Origin: the human T2T-CHM13v2.0 reference genome, Homo sapiens
Direction: 5' to 3' (one strand)
Assembly: GCF_009914755.1 (NCBI RefSeq)
Contig: NC_060936.1
DNA: 64,000 nucleotides
Part shown: piece after piece, positions 1-34,697 of the stretch
Position numbering within the stretch: the first letter of the stretch is position 1
Layout: every line of letters starts with the position of its first letter
Position numbers and translations under genes: made by a program
The notes under the pieces: model-generated
Database searches by the model: none
What the model was told of the DNA's origin: nothing
What the model saw: only the letters and a program-made list of their open reading frames with translations

Positions 1-224
1 CTTTGTAGATATTTAGGTTTCCAAAGGATAGAACAAAAATTAAAAGTGACCATCAAAGGATATAGGAACTTTTCTATAATCTTTTCTTAGGAGCCCAAAT
101 TTTAGTTTTAGGAAACAATCAGCATGCAGTATTTCAACTAAGCAGACAACTCTTAAACAAAGCCTCATCTTTAAGACCAAGAAGTGACACAAATTGACAT
201 ATGATTAAAGATAAGTAGAGGTCA

Positions 225-1257
<1,033 letters not shown>

Positions 1258-1602
1258 AACTCACTACAAGTTTAGATTGTCCCATTTGACAATAAAACTT
1301 ATGAAAAAACTATCTTTGAACATGTACCAAATGGATGCAATTATTTTATTAACAAATTAATAATTTTGAAATATTAATGGAATCACTTTACACAAAAATT
1401 AAGATCTATAAAGTAGTTAATATATGCCTTTACACATAAGGCACACATTTATGCAAAGGTATCTTTCTTTTGAAATTATATTAATAAAAATGTTTTTACA
1501 CAATTATCTAAAATTAAGTATTTTAAAAGCTAGAGCCAAAATATAGAAGGAAAACATGAAAGGCCTTCCACAAATATCAAGCCACAGATATCAAAGTCTC
1601 AC

Positions 1603-1765
1603 CCTAATGGACGCTTTATTACAAAAAACTTTGTTGATAGCAAGCCATGTTGGCAAATCCAACATATTCTGGAGTACTTCTTCATCCAACTCCAAATTCT
1701 TCAGTTCACCTTCTCCTTTAAGGGTACTTAGATTTATCTTGTCAGGAGATAAATTTTTGGTAAAT
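1603..1765 (-). CDS. BLTP3B: BLTP3B (UHRF1BP1L, bridge-like lipid transfer protein 3B) coding exon 2, N-terminal chorein-like region
   Basis: Minus strand reads tctttcag|ATTTACCAAA...TCCATTAGG|gtgaga (163 nt). Joined to exon 1 (44 nt) it gives 69 codons, ...(R)FTKNLSPDKINLSTLKGEGELKNLELDEEVLQNMLDLPTWLAINKVFCNKASIR. From recall, the residues GELKN, QNMLDL and INKVFCNK fit BLTP3B rather than its paralog BLTP3A. Confidence 0.96.
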
Positions 1766-1856
1766 CTGAAAGAGAATACACATTGACATTTATTTATGTG
1801 TCAGTTACTATACTCCAGAGTCATTTTTTCAAATATACAGAGAACTAAAAATATAA

Positions 1857-2371
1857 TAGGAGTGGACACAACATAATGTCCATCAACGACAAATGGATAA
1901 AGAAAATGTGGTACATATACACGATGGAGTATTATTCAGCCATAAAAAAGAATGAGATCCTGTCATTTGCAACAACATGGATGGAACTGGAGGACACTAC
2001 AGTTAAGTGAAACAAACCAGGCACAGAAAGACAAACTTTACACACTCTCGTTCATTTGTGGGAGCTAAAAATTAAAACAATTGAATACATGGAGATCAAG
2101 AGTAGAAATGATGGTCACCAGAGGCTGGAAAGGGTAGTGGTGGGGAGCAGGGGTGGGAATGGGTAGTGGGTACAAAAATACAATTAGGTAGAATGAATAC
2201 AATACTGATATGGTTTGGTTCTGTGTCCCCACCCAAATCTCACCTCTAATTGTAATCCCCACATGTCAGGGGAAGGAGCTGGTGGGAGGTGACTGGATCA
2301 TGGGGGTAGTTTCTCATGATAGTTAGGGAGTGAGTTCTCACAAGATCTGATGATTTAAAAGTGTCTGGCAG

Positions 2372-2441
<70 letters not shown>

Positions 2442-2705
2442 GCCACCATGTAAAACATGCCTTGCTTCACCATCACCTTCCACCATGATTGTGAGTTTCC
2501 TGAGGCCTCCCCAGCCATGCAGAAGTGTAAGCCAATTAAACTTCTTTCTTCAGTCTCAGGTATGTCTTCATAGCAGTATAAAAACGGACTAAGACAGATA
2601 TAGTATTCAACAGCACAACAAAGTGACTACAGTCAACAATAATTTATTGTACGTTTTAAAGTAATTGTGTAACTGGAATGTCTGTAACACAAAGAAATGA
2701 TAAAG
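1857..2705 (+). mobile_element. L1 (L1MA-like) 3' fragment interrupted by a MaLR LTR
   Basis: Typical L1 3' text tgtccatcaacgacaaatggataaagaaaatgtggtacatatac...gcaacaacatggatggaactggagg, resuming after 2597. Confidence 0.8.
2206..2596. mobile_element. MST-type (ERVL-MaLR) solo LTR containing a (TC)n microsatellite at about 2377-2438
   Basis: Termini tgatatggtttggttctgtgtccccacccaaatctca... and ...aaacggactaagaca are typical of MSTA/MSTB. Confidence 0.85.
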
Positions 2706-2707
2706 GC

Positions 2708-3086
<379 letters not shown>

Positions 3087-4502
3087 CTATTTCATTTAGT
3101 TCCCATGATAACCTATTAGGGTCTATACTAATTTTAACCCAATTTTTGAATAAGTAAACCTAAGGAGAAACTTGAACTTACTTGCCTAATATCACAACTA
3201 ACAATGAAAATACATTACACATCTACTTTGAAATACATTCATATACATTACTTTATCTTCCAAACAACCCTAAAAAATAAAAATTACTAACTATGCCCAA
3301 CAAATAATTTTTCAAAAGTGAAATTACTGAAAAAAACTAAACTACTGGCTAACAAGAGTTAGTCTTTACTTTTTTTGGAAATTAAATATAAAGCAACATT
3401 ATATACTGGGTTATTCACATGCCCTACTTGTCAACAAGAATACCAATCAATAAACTCATGTTTCTCCACTGACTCCAAACCAGAATTTGAGCCAGATTCT
3501 ATCTGAATTCATATCTTCTCACAGGATGTCAACTGAGAAATACAACAATCATTTAACACATGTATTTGACCAATGATGCTGAGCTGTATTACACTTGCTT
3601 CTGATCACGCTTGATTCAATACCACGACGCTTTCTCATAGAATGCCATTCCTAACCATAGATAACAAACAAAAAACCCTGCCACTTCCCTGAGGCAGAAT
3701 ATTAGAGCCAGAAGACAACACTCAATAAGTATTTATTGAGAATTCATTATGCAGACACACATACTGGGAAGCAGTACACTTGAGGTCCCTGCCCTTGTGG
3801 AGTTTTCAGTTTAGTTGGTGAGACGGATCAAATGGCACAACTAAGAGAGAATATAGCAGGAGTTCTAATCCAGAGCTTCTCTGAAACAGGGACTTTTGAG
3901 CTGGTATCTAAAGGAAGAGAAGTTAACTAGGCAAGGAGGAAAAGGGGGTAGGGAAAGAAAGTATTCCAAGCAGAGGAATAAAATGCATAAAGGTTCTAAG
4001 ACAGGAGGGAGATGATATAAAGTGGAATTGAAAAAATATCAGAAATACTGTTATCTGTAATATTTATAGGGAAGGAAGGATGGACAACAGACTAATCTGA
4101 GTAACTCAAACAGAATATTTGACTATATATTCTAACATTTGACTATATATCCTTAGTCTTGGGCATGGAGGAATATGGGGATGGAGGTGAAGCATGGTTA
4201 GTGAAGAAATCAGGCAACACCTTGATTGGGTATGTACAAGAATGTTCATTTCAAGGATATCTACAAGAAAAAAAGAGTGAAAACAATCTAAACGTCCCAA
4301 GAGGGATACCCCATCTAATTATAATACACTATATTATTAATACATACATATCAAGTAATATATGTTGCCAGTCTTATAAAGAAATGTTTATATTATAATG
4401 TTTGATGAAAATTCAAGTCACAAAATTATGTGCTATAATTTCAAGTATGTAAAAAATGCATCATAAAATCCCATGACTACCTATGGCTGGTGGGGTTTTA
4501 GA

Positions 4503-5268
<766 letters not shown>

Positions 5269-5422
5269 AGATTTACTTCTCCTTATTTATACTTCTCTGT
5301 ATAAGTATTCTATAACGAGCATGTACCACTTTTATAAAGACAAAAGTTCAAGGGAAACCAAAAAAGCCTGGCCTGGCAAGAGCAAAAGTGAAAAATGAGG
5401 AGGATTAAAATATATGTAATTT

Positions 5423-7031
<1,609 letters not shown>

Positions 7032-8246
7032 GAGAAAAACAATTCCCATTATACAATATTTCATGGTATAACATGAAAAACTAGATGTTACAGGGAATTT
7101 AACAATGCATGTTAGATTGTTTAATTAATAAACTTAAAAAGTAGGCACTCTTGATCTGCAGGTATTAGATGGGCTTCAAGGAGTCTACAATATTTTATCA
7201 GACTTTCAAAGGGGGTTTTTGGACACAGAATATGCTAAGAACCACTGCCTTAAAGAAAATGATTAATTTTAGTCACCTAGAAAGTAAATTATTTCAGCAC
7301 TGTAATTCAATATTTAATGGTTATAATTCAATTATTTAGCTTGTTATTAATAAATACCTCTTGGAGTGGCTACCCAGCTAACAGTGATTCATTCTTCTCT
7401 GGGAAAAACTGTATATACAGGGGAAAGATGCACATCTAAGATTTTTTTAACATACTTCCTTGGTTATAGTGATTGATCTACAGGTTGACATGGCATCTAG
7501 GCTATTCGATCATATTCTTTCCTCCAGAAATTTGAAACAAATAGACTACTTTGGGATCAAACTTATAAATTAATAATGGAGAGTGACTGAGAAACACATA
7601 GCCACAACGTTTAGAACTGAAAGGTACTGAAAAGATTATTCTCCACCATTTTCCATTCTTCTCAACTGGACCCAATTCAAATCCTTAATATGAACCAGTA
7701 ATTGACATCACTAGCTAGTATCCCAAGACTGTGTGTCCCTACAAGGATGAAATTCTCATTATCATATGAAGAGTTTTATAAGAACCAGTATGTGTATGCA
7801 AGCAAATGAATTTAACAGCTTCTGTTTGATTTTATTCAAAACAATACTTTCAGATGGGAAAATACCTTAAAGCCACATTTTAAAGTCATACAAGAGAAGA
7901 TGTTTTCAGAAAAACTTGCCCAAATCTGACAGACTGCCAAGTACTTTGGCTTGGATCACTAAGTTATTATCTGTAACTAATTAAATCCTTTCACAGCCCA
8001 TGGGCCTCATCATGCAACCATAAAGATCCCTTCAATCAAAACTAAGAAACAGATCAAGGCTTTTCTACAGAAACTCCTATTTCCTCATTTTCTCTTTTAA
8101 TCACCTACACTCCTGTCACTCCAGGTGTACCTCTTTTAATACAACACTTCATTATTTGAGGTACTTGATTATCTCCAGGCTCACAATGTGAATTAGTTAA
8201 GGGATTTTCAAATTTTTTTACATAACCTAAGGCAAGAAATACACTA

Positions 8247-9707
<1,461 letters not shown>

Positions 9708-9714
9708 GGTAAAA

Positions 9715-15350
<5,636 letters not shown>

Positions 15351-16582
15351 GAACTTGTTAACTATTAATAAAATACAATGGAATAAAAATATATAAGGTA
15401 TTAGAACCATGGCCTTTTGAAAACCACCCCATTGCATCTGCCATCCAATGGAGATATTAGAAGCAATTTTAAGCTTAAAAAAGTGGAGCCATAGGCAGTC
15501 CTCATACTACAAAGAATATCAAATAATTTAATCCAACCTCCTCATTTTATAGTAGAGAATATGAAGCCTAGAGAGGTTAAGTCAAATGCTGAAGGTCACA
15601 CTAAAGTAGAGCCCAGACTATAATCAAACCTGTACAATTTTAGTTTAAGAGGTATTTTAGGATCAGTTACCATTCCATTATCATACTGATAAATTTTCAG
15701 TTCAACCATATTTACTGAGCATTTACTAGGCATTGTAGCAATATATGGCAACTCTTACCCTCAAGGAGCTTTCAGTGTAAATTTGTAAGACTTAGCATAT
15801 ATTCCAGGCATAAACATTTTCTTTTTTCATAAATTCTGCCTTTGTAGCTCCTAAGAAAACTAATGGTGTGTCTGTGATCCAATAAAACTTTGTTTCCAAA
15901 AACAGGCAGTGAGCCAAAGCAGGCCCTTGAGCCATAGTTTGCTCCCTGCTTTACACAAATCCCACATGTCCCATCCCTGCTGAAAACTCTTCAAGAACCC
16001 TCTTCTCTACTACATTTTGGATAAACCCCAAACTCCCCAAAAGCCCTTGCACCATCTCCCTTAGGATCCCTTGCCTTCTCTCCGTCTGTTCCTAGAGAAG
16101 GCCAAACTTTCTCCCCTGAGAACAGTTGGACATGCAGCTCCCTGTGCCTGGCATGCTTTTCACCCTCTCATCCTTCTCATCTCTTAGGTTTACCCTAATT
16201 CATCACCCCTTCAGAGCAGCTTCTCTCCTCTCTCCTCCCATCCCATGCTCTGCTCGCTTCATCCACTTTGATCTTCCTGGTCTATTAGAATTTGCAATTA
16301 CTTGCCTTCTTACATGTTTGCCTCTCCCCAACTAGAAGATCAGCTCCAAGAGAGCAGGGATCTTGTCCTCAGTCCCTAGCAGAGTGTCTGAGAGATTAAA
16401 GGTATTGTACATTCAACAAATATTAACTGAGGACCTACTATGTGGCAGACACCAATCTGGGTGCTTGGGATGTATGAGAGAACAGACAGACAAAGATCTT
16501 TGCCCTATAGGGCTTACTATAGTCAGGGCAGACAGAGCCAAAAACAATTTAAAAAAATGGTATTTTAGAAGGAACTGAGTGT

Positions 16583-16890
16583 TGTAGTGTATAGGGAAAC
16601 TCTCTAACGATGTTTTTCCTCTGCTCACACAACAATAATCATCAACACAGAAAAATTCTGTGACCGTGTGCGTGGAGTTTTCTCCCCCACACACCAAGCA
16701 GTGGACACCAGCTGTGTGCCCTCTAATTCAGTTCAGACACTGTCTATCTGGAGATGGTATCAGATCCCAAATCCCACAGGCTGAGGGCTCAGTCCCAAGA
16801 CTGCCCTCCGTCACCCCAGTCCTTGCCCACCAAACCCATTGCAAGTCTGGGCCTCCAGAACTTCTGACGGACAGGCTCTTTGAGTTTGAT
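16583..16890. mobile_element. MER21-like LTR fragment
   Basis: The text cacacaccaagcagtggacaccagctgtgtgccctctaattcagttc...gggctcagtcccaagactgcc resembles MER21 (recall). Confidence 0.6.
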
Positions 16891-17207
16891 TAACGTCAAG
16901 GCATAAATTTTTTAAACTAAAACCTAAAATATTAATGGAACAAGAATCAAAGTATGCTCCCAATGGTTTAAACTGCCTTTTTTTTTTTAAATGCATTCTC
17001 AATTTACACAGAGTTTGTCTGGCTTGGTTATTTTTGTAATTATGCGTGTAATGAAAAAAAATCAATCTCATATAACCAGTTTTTCCAAATAAACATTTAA
17101 AGAATGAAAGAATGCAAACTGGCAGCCTGTGAGCTGTCTGCCCACAGATACTATTTGGCCCACACAGTGTTTTTAAAAATCTCAATTTGTTGTTAACCTT
17201 TAAAATA

Positions 17208-18867
<1,660 letters not shown>

Positions 18868-21800
18868 GGGAGCAGGGCAGGGCAGAAAATATGGGCATCC
18901 AGATTTTATTGAAATATCAGAAGATCTGACACAACTAGACATATATCCTTCATAGCAAAAACTGAGTGCCTACTATTTGCCAGTCACTCATTAGGCTCTT
19001 GGGAAATTTAAACAAATAAGAAATAGTTACTGTTTTTCAAGAACTTCACATTTTATTATTAGAAGCAAGCATATAAATAAATCATTGCAATATGTTATGA
19101 TCTTACTATGTGCTGGGTACTATGTGATAGGTCATACAATAAAAATGGCAACAGGATAAAATGGAATCACAAGGAAAAGGGTGATGATCAATTCTCTTAA
19201 CAGTAAAGTAGATATCCAGGTGCAGTGGCTCACGCCTGTAATCCCAACACTTTGGGAGGCTGAGGTGGGAGGATGACTTGAGCCCAGGGGTTTGAGAACA
19301 GCCTGGGCAAAAGAGTAAGGCTATCTATTAAAATAAAGAAAATAGTAAAGAAGACTTTGGGAAGGCTTCATAAAAGTAGGCAGCACTCAAGCTACGTTTT
19401 TAAACAGTAAGTTTTTGTCAAGTGAATAAGGCAGAGAGAAGGACATTTCAGAGGCGGCAGCAGCAGCACGTTCAAGATTACAGGGTCACACAGTAGACAC
19501 AGATGTAAGATAAGGCCTCAGGTAGTTTGGAAAGAAACAATATTCCTTGAGAAGCCAACTGAAGCCAGATCATGAAGGACTCTTGTTTTCCAAGCCAACG
19601 AATATGGGTTTTAACCTACACATCAATGTTTTTCCCACAGTGCCCCTAAGAAGACTGCTCATGGTTCAACTCAAGTGAGAGGAGAAAAAAAAAAAGAAAG
19701 AATATGCCAAAGGAACCACCACCACCCACCATCCAATTACTGACTCAACTAGAGGAGCTCTACTTTTGTCTACTTTATGTAGTAAAGTTCTCTTTTAAAA
19801 TCTCTTTGGGCACAAAAATTCTACTGTTATAAACAAAATTTTTTATTAAAAAAAAAGCTTAAACAGGAGCCATTAAAAGATTTTTAGCAAGAAATTAAAT
19901 GTTAAGATTAGCATTTTGGAAACATCTTTCTCTTAACAGCGCCAAGGATGGAATACAGAAGTATGAGACCCAAAGGAGATGAAAATACTCAGTGTTTAGT
20001 TGCAACAACTGATGCAATAAATAATTAATGAAATCTGGTGATGAGAGATATTCAAATCTTACTGATATCTACTTTATTCCAAGCAGCCTGCTATGTCCTA
20101 GGTTTAGGATAAAGAAGATAAGTTCAATAGTTATTTCAATATAAAGTAATCATGACTGATTAAAACAGGAAGGTAAAGAAGAAAAAGGAATGAATCTTGG
20201 TAGGTGATTTGAATAAACACATGGATAGCTGTGGTTAAAACTTGGAATACAATCATAACACTTCACCTTGAATAAGCTAAGCATAAACCAGGCCAAAAAA
20301 AAAAAAAGATATGTTTTAAGGAGGTATAATCTAGAAAAAACAAAGGGCTACACTTGTGATTATACTTCACGAGCAAGCGTCTCAGAGGATTTGCTAGAGG
20401 TATACACAAAATCAGAACCATCCTTGAAAGCCATTTTAAACAATAAAAGACCTTAACTATTAATATACTAAAGTGAATCTCAAAGGTTTCCACCTGAGGT
20501 TAAAGCTTGGCACCTTTCCCTTGGCAATTCTGTTTGAGATCCAGGTTCCCAAATGAAAGCATGGAATCAATGCAGGCAAGAACGTAAAACAATATTTAGG
20601 CCACTAGGCCTATACAATTGCTTTAGCATATAGCCAATAAGTTTCTCATTTGTCCATTACTCTTAGGTAAGTATGTAATAAGTTGCACAATTCTACTTGT
20701 GGCATTTAATTAACAATTTATTACAAGACTTTTGGAAGTTCAAAGTATTTATGTGGATAAATTTCCCAAGAATTAGAAGTATTCAGTGATATGAGTTTCT
20801 AGGTTTTTCATTGAGTCCTAAATTGAAAGAAATTCAGCACCATTTCCAATAACCTGGTTTTATAACATAATTGCTTTCCCTGATAATGAAATTTTTAAAA
20901 AGACAGGAGAGGGTAGAAGAGAATGCTGTAAAACCCTTAAATTCTTCAAAAATGAATCCTGGCAGAGCATGCTGGTGCATACCTGTAATCCTAGCACTTT
21001 GGGAGGCCTAGGTGGGGGGACTGCTTGAGCCCAGGAGCTCTGAGACCAGCCTGGGCAACATAGTGAGACTTCATCTCTATAAAAATTTAAAAACTCAGCC
21101 AGGCATGGGGTACATGCCTGTAGTCCCAGCTACTCTGGTGGCTGAAGCAGGAGGATAACTGGGGACCAGGAGTTTGAGGTTATAATGAGCTGTGACTGCA
21201 CTACTGCACTCTAGCCTGGGCAACAGAGCAACACCTTTTCCCCCCACCACCCCTACCACTTCAAAAAACAAAAAAAGAATCCCATTTGCACTGCTGTTTG
21301 TGAGACTTATTTCAATCTCTTTGATAAAGATAACTATCATTAAATACACAAAATAAATTCTTAAATCCCTCAATGATGAATGAATTATTCAAAACAGCCT
21401 CTTTATCAAAGGAGACTTTGTACCTCACTAATTACATTAGACTAAGAAGCCTTACCCATTCATTTAAAAGTAGATCAAATGCTAACTACTATTTCCAAAC
21501 AGCTGGCAGGAAGTTACAAAACTCTCTTGCAACATCAGGAAGAGATGGTTATAACTTTAAGTATGTTGCCAAACCTTATCTATTAGAAAAGACACTGACT
21601 ACAGGGCGAGACTCAGTCTCAAAAAAAAGAAAGAGAAGACACTCAGAGAGGAATTACATGAGCCTCTAGCTACATAGTAAAGAAAATGAAATAGGTATCT
21701 GACTAAAACAGTAAGAAAATATTCTCAAAGTATCTTTATGCAGGGCATATTAAGTGCTTGCATTTATAGAATGAAAAAAAAAAAAAAGCATGGGGAATAG

Positions 21801-23199
21801 AAGTATTACCTGAGGGCAGGAAATTCAGAAAAAGGTCCCTATTCCTGGTGAAAGCAAGCAGTCAGTTGCCAGGGTTTCTTAGACTCCTCTGGTACTCATT
21901 TGGGTGATTATGCAATTCACAGCACACCAATCTCCACCACAGCCAGCAGGGAACGCTGCAGGGAATGGGTACACAGGGGACACAGAAGGGAGCAAGTTTA
22001 AGGGAAGGAAGAGGAAAGGAATGATGATTAAAAAAATTTAGCTGTGGTGCCCTTTGGAAAAAAAAAACAGTTGCATTTCACACTGGATTCACTAAAGGCA
22101 AACTGCCTAAATTCTAAGATGAATTAACCATTTAAGATTTTCTTCATTTTCTCTGTCACTGTTACTACTACTCCCCAATTACATTCACATTATCTTTTTA
22201 ATTTTATATTAAACTGTCAATTAACAAAAATGAGATACTATGTCATAGAAGTTATACAAAAGCTGAACTGTATAATTTACATTAAATGAAATCAATTAAG
22301 ATAAGCAATCTACAAAGCAAGCAGTCTACACATACAGATTATCAAACTGGTTTAAGTGACAAAACCCCCACTTTTAACTGTAATTCTCATTTCACCGAGA
22401 ATACTGAGGCATAAAGCTAGCCATAAAAAACAATCCACAAACCAAAGAGATATCCAGCAATAGGCCATATCTATATACTCAAAAATAAATTGGAAAACTA
22501 TAGTATTCATAGTGGGGGGAGAAAAGCTTTTAATCTAAATTTTCCGGATATGATTCAACTAGTTAAACCTGCCAAAAATGTATTCAGAGCAACCAATTTA
22601 TGTTCTATGTATTCTATGGAGGCCAAAGTAGTACAAATTTATTTCTCCAGTCAGTTAAAAATGTTTTTGAACAACTACTATGTACTGCAGTCCTGTGGCG
22701 GATGCTAAAGATACAACGGTGAACAAGACAAGCAAAGTCCCTGGCTTCTAAAACATTGCCAGGGCGATTCTGCCCTTAAAGAGATGACTATCCACACAAT
22801 TAACAAAAAACAAGGCATTTGTTTTAATAAAACAAACAGGATATGCTTTAAGACCTAAAGGAGTTTTAAAATGGAGGAGGCCAATGATTAGCCTCATTAA
22901 AGCTGCCCATGGAAAATGTACTACTAAAATAAAGCTGAGAGAAGAAGGCCTATTATGAAGAGATACAGACAATCTGGCTGCAGGAATAAGACAACAAAAC
23001 ATGGGTGGAAAAAAAGGAGAAAACTGTAATATTGGAAATTAAAATTGCAGCCAAATTTGGAGGACCTAAAAAATTACCCTTAACTTCTCTGGATATTTGC
23101 CTTAAATATTTCCTTTGTATACACGCTCTAGTCCAGGAAAATAGATTTAATAACTATTTTATTACTCTCAAGCTGTCATTTATGTCCTTTTTCTTCCCC

Positions 23200-26609
<3,410 letters not shown>

Positions 26610-27035
26610 TTATGTTCCTCTAACTTCAAAGGACCGCAGAGTCAAATGATTCTCAAGTCATAAAAGAATCTCCTAAGGGATACTACAGCAGGATGGTAAA
26701 ACAAGAGTAGTGTTGAAAACTGGGTAAAAAGAAAAGCAAACTGTTGAGGTGGGGTGGGGGCGAGTAGGAAACACCTTAATAGGCAGCACAGAAAAATCAA
26801 TGAAAAGGGTACTGGATCAGTGACTTTACCATTCAACACTATCTGTGAGACCTTGGACAAGTCACAAATGTCAATGTTTTAATAATTTCCTTCTCTGAGA
26901 TAGGAACAAATCCCTTCTGATTCCAGGATTCTAGTATGCTAATATTGCAACATCTCCTAGACCAAGCACCCAACAAGAATCAGTATCCGGTTTTAGTTGG
27001 AAATTAATATGAAAGAGAAAGACACCTGCTATATA

Positions 27036-27343
27036 CAGTAGTCCTCCCTTACCCAAGATTTCCCTTTCCACGGTCTCAGTTACCTGTGGTACAGTACGAT
27101 AGCTTGAGAAAGAGAGAGATCACATTCATATAACTTTTATTACAATATACAGATATTGTTACAATTTTTCTATTACATATTAGTTTTTGTTAATCTCTGA
27201 CCATGACTAATTTATAAATTAAACTTTACCAGAGGGATGTACATAAAGAAAAAAACACAATATACATATCGTTCAGTACTATCTGCAGTTTCAGGCATCC
27301 ACTGGGGGTCTTGAAGTGTGCTGCCCATGGAGGAGGACTACTG
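27036..27343. mobile_element. MER44-like (Tigger family) non-autonomous DNA transposon
   Basis: Terminal inverted repeats CAGTAGTCCTCC and GGAGGACTACTG, with TA on both sides (27034-27035 and 27344-27345). Confidence 0.85.
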
Positions 27344-27557
27344 TAGTGCATGTACTTAAAAGGATAAAAAAAAACAACAATAGCAAAAAATCCACCCCTG
27401 AAAATTCAACTCACAATTCGCTTCCCAGTAATTGTTTATTGCATAAGCCAAAGGATAACCACAAACATACTTCCATTGTTGTCAGACTAAAACATGTATA
27501 GTCTAAATTAGATCACAAATAAAAGAGAAGACATCTCCAATTAAATATCTAACATTT

Positions 27558-30854
<3,297 letters not shown>

Positions 30855-31272
30855 CCATTTTCTACTTAAGTTACTCAGAGTCCATTTGTAGACTCCGTAT
30901 TTCCACCCCAGATATTGCTCCTAAACCCTAGACTTCAAAAATAAGACTGCTTTAATGAGCATATCCCTCTTACCTTTATTAGTAGTCACTCCTCACCCCC
31001 AGGATAAAGTTCAATTTCCTTAATGTAGCAAATGAGGCCCTTGGAAATCTAATTTAGTGCACTGCCTATTACAGATGACTAATGGAGCAACAAGCCTAAC
31101 TCAAAATAGCCCTCTCCATTACCATATTTTTGCTGTACAACCCTTTGCCATTGCTAATTGAACCATGGGTAGACAAAACTGGGTCACAAAGGCTTTCTCT
31201 CTAGGGGATTCTGAAACCTGACAGGAGAGATCAAAGACTGGGAATTATGGAAGATAGGCCAGCACTCTAAAG

Positions 31273-31425
31273 CTGTAGCTCCCAACCAGGAGTAATTTTG
31301 CCTCCTATGAGACATTTGGCAATGTCTGGAGACATTAAACATCCTACAATGCACAGAACAGCCTTCACAACAAAGAACTATCTATTTCAAAATGCCAATG
31401 ATGCCAAGGTTAAAAAACCCTGCTG
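31273..31425 (-). mobile_element. MER20 (hAT-Charlie), internally deleted copy
   Basis: gacatttggcaatgtctggagaca and aaacatcctacaatgcacag are reverse-complementary to the neighbouring MER20 copy. Confidence 0.7.
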
Positions 31426-31643
31426 CTACTTTAAGAGGAAGGTCCAAGAACTCTTCCAATGAGATTCTAGGAGCTAGCTGGTTCCTGTTCTTTCCTTGAT
31501 TTGGTTGTTCAGATATTCTTCTGCTTTCTGTTACATTTCCCTTTTTACTTAAATAGATCAGCTTTCTGATGTTTGCAGGCAAAACAACTTTACTAGCACA
31601 GAACCCTAGCTCAATCATACGACACACACCTGTACACTTTAAG

Positions 31644-31860
31644 CTGGTTTCTCAATCTCGGAACTACTGACATTTGGGCAAATAATTATTTGTTGTGAGG
31701 GAATATGCTGTGCAATGTAGAACGTCTAGCAGCATCCCTGGCCTCTATTCACTAGATGGCAGTAGTATTACCCTCCCCTCCAAGTCTTGACAATTAAAAA
31801 TATCTCCAGACACTGCCAAATGTCACCTCAAGACAAACTGACCCTGGTTGACAACTGCTG
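31644..31860 (+). mobile_element. MER20 (hAT-Charlie), near full length
   Basis: Reads ggtttctcaatctcggaactactgacatttggg...agcagcatccctggcctcta...ctccagacactgccaaatgtc...ggttgacaactgctg, with ctttaa on both flanks. Confidence 0.8.
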
Positions 31861-32088
31861 CTTTAAACTATACGATGACTCCACCGAGGTGAGGTGAATG
31901 TCTGCCCAGTCAACTCCCACTCCCAGGAAACCTTGTGCAGAGCACAGTATGCCCTTAGCCTAAGGGAGCGAAGGAGAAGAGAGTGTCTGTATCCAAAACT
32001 TCCCTACCCCTTTTCAGGTCCTGGCTTAATTAAATATACGTCCACTTTGCCGATTTGCAAGCGCCTGTTCACAGGTGTGTACATGTGT

Positions 32089-32122
<34 letters not shown>

Positions 32123-33659
32123 TAATGTCTTGAGCTGAAAGGTAGCTTCTGCTTTTATTTCCTTTCTCACATTTGTTACGACTTCTCTTTAGAAGTTTCC
32201 ATTCCCGTGTGAAAAACTACTCTCCTAGAAAACCCTCCCAAAATACATTCAGTCCTATTACAGTTTGAAAAATCGGGGCAGTTTCTCCTTCAAAAGCTTT
32301 TCCTGTTTCACTCTGGAAAAATGTCACTACTCTAAGCTCCCCCATCCCACCAACACACCTCCTTGTCCTCATTTCAGATTCTTCAAGTAGATAAACTTTT
32401 TATTAACAACTGGAGAGATGTTTGGAATACAAACTAACAATTAGGCAAGGAACAAGTATATAGATTTACAGTTCTCAAATAGTTTAGCATTGAGTTAAAG
32501 AATCTGTTAATCTCTTAAGAACAATTCCTCTTCCATACTTTCCCAACATACCAGCTTCTCAAGTCCCTTCATCCAGGCAAAGATGGTTTTAATCTTGCAA
32601 CTGCACTATATTTCAACCTCAAGGCTAAAAATGAGAGCTCTTTCTCATGTTGGTTCACAGTCTTCCTCCTTACTGGCAGAACTCCTCCCCCCATACAATA
32701 ACTGGGTTATTTCCTTACCGGAAGACCCCTCATATAAACCCCTGTAAGAACTAGGTCATTTTCCTAGTTATTTTCCAGGATCCAAAGGCACCACATTTAT
32801 TTAATGATTCAATTACTCACTGCCTCCTAAAGCCACAGGGAAACTGGTCATTCCCAAATCTATAAGAATATTGGCAGTAGTCTTGCCTCAGTAAAAAAAA
32901 GCAATGTAAGAGAAAGTAAGCTCATTCATGTTATGTATCCACATTCATGCAACAAATAGTTGTTGAGTACCTACTTTATGCCAGCCTCAAGACAAAAATC
33001 CCTGCTCTCATAGAGTCTACATTTAAGTGGAGAAAGACAAAAATACATAAAGAAATAAATATGTACGACAGACAAGCATGAGTGCTATGGAGAAAAATAA
33101 TGCAAGCAAGAGGACTGGCAATATGGGGGCTCACAATTTTAAACTCTGTGGTCAGGAAAGGTCACCTTTGAGAAGGTGCAATGGGTTGCATACACAGGCC
33201 TCACATGATGTCTAGTATTAGAAACTAGTATGTTCAACTATTTCCTGGTAAACTATATTCTACTGTATCCCAGACCACTAGGTCAATGTAGTGACATCTT
33301 CATTACTGGATATTCTATAAAATTAAACTTGAACCAGGTAATTTCAAAAGTTCATTCCTTCCTGAGTAACTATAATTTATCACAACACCTGCCTTCTTTT
33401 GTCAATTACGAGCTGCCTTTAGATTTCTGAATAACTATTTTTCTTAGGAGATGACAGCAATTAGCAGTAAGATTAACTTATTAACCAAAAATAAAAATTT
33501 GATACTCTTTAGTCACCTGAGTTAAGGATGTTTTGAAATATGAAATAACTGAAAACTCAAGTGTCCCAAAAACTCATCTCTGAAAAAAAAAAAAATCCTC
33601 ATCACACTATTTATCACACAGCTATTACAAATCATACAGATTTAGAAACTAACCCTAAG

Positions 33660-34697
<1,038 letters not shown>

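Noticed and set aside
1556-1786. 76-aa plus-strand ORF
   Set aside because: It is the antisense shadow of BLTP3B exon 2.
19350-23190. Relatively Alu-poor, AT-rich intronic stretch that might hide an exon
   Set aside because: Exons 1 and 2 already join in frame, I found no convincing exon by eye, and conservation cannot be judged from this sequence alone.
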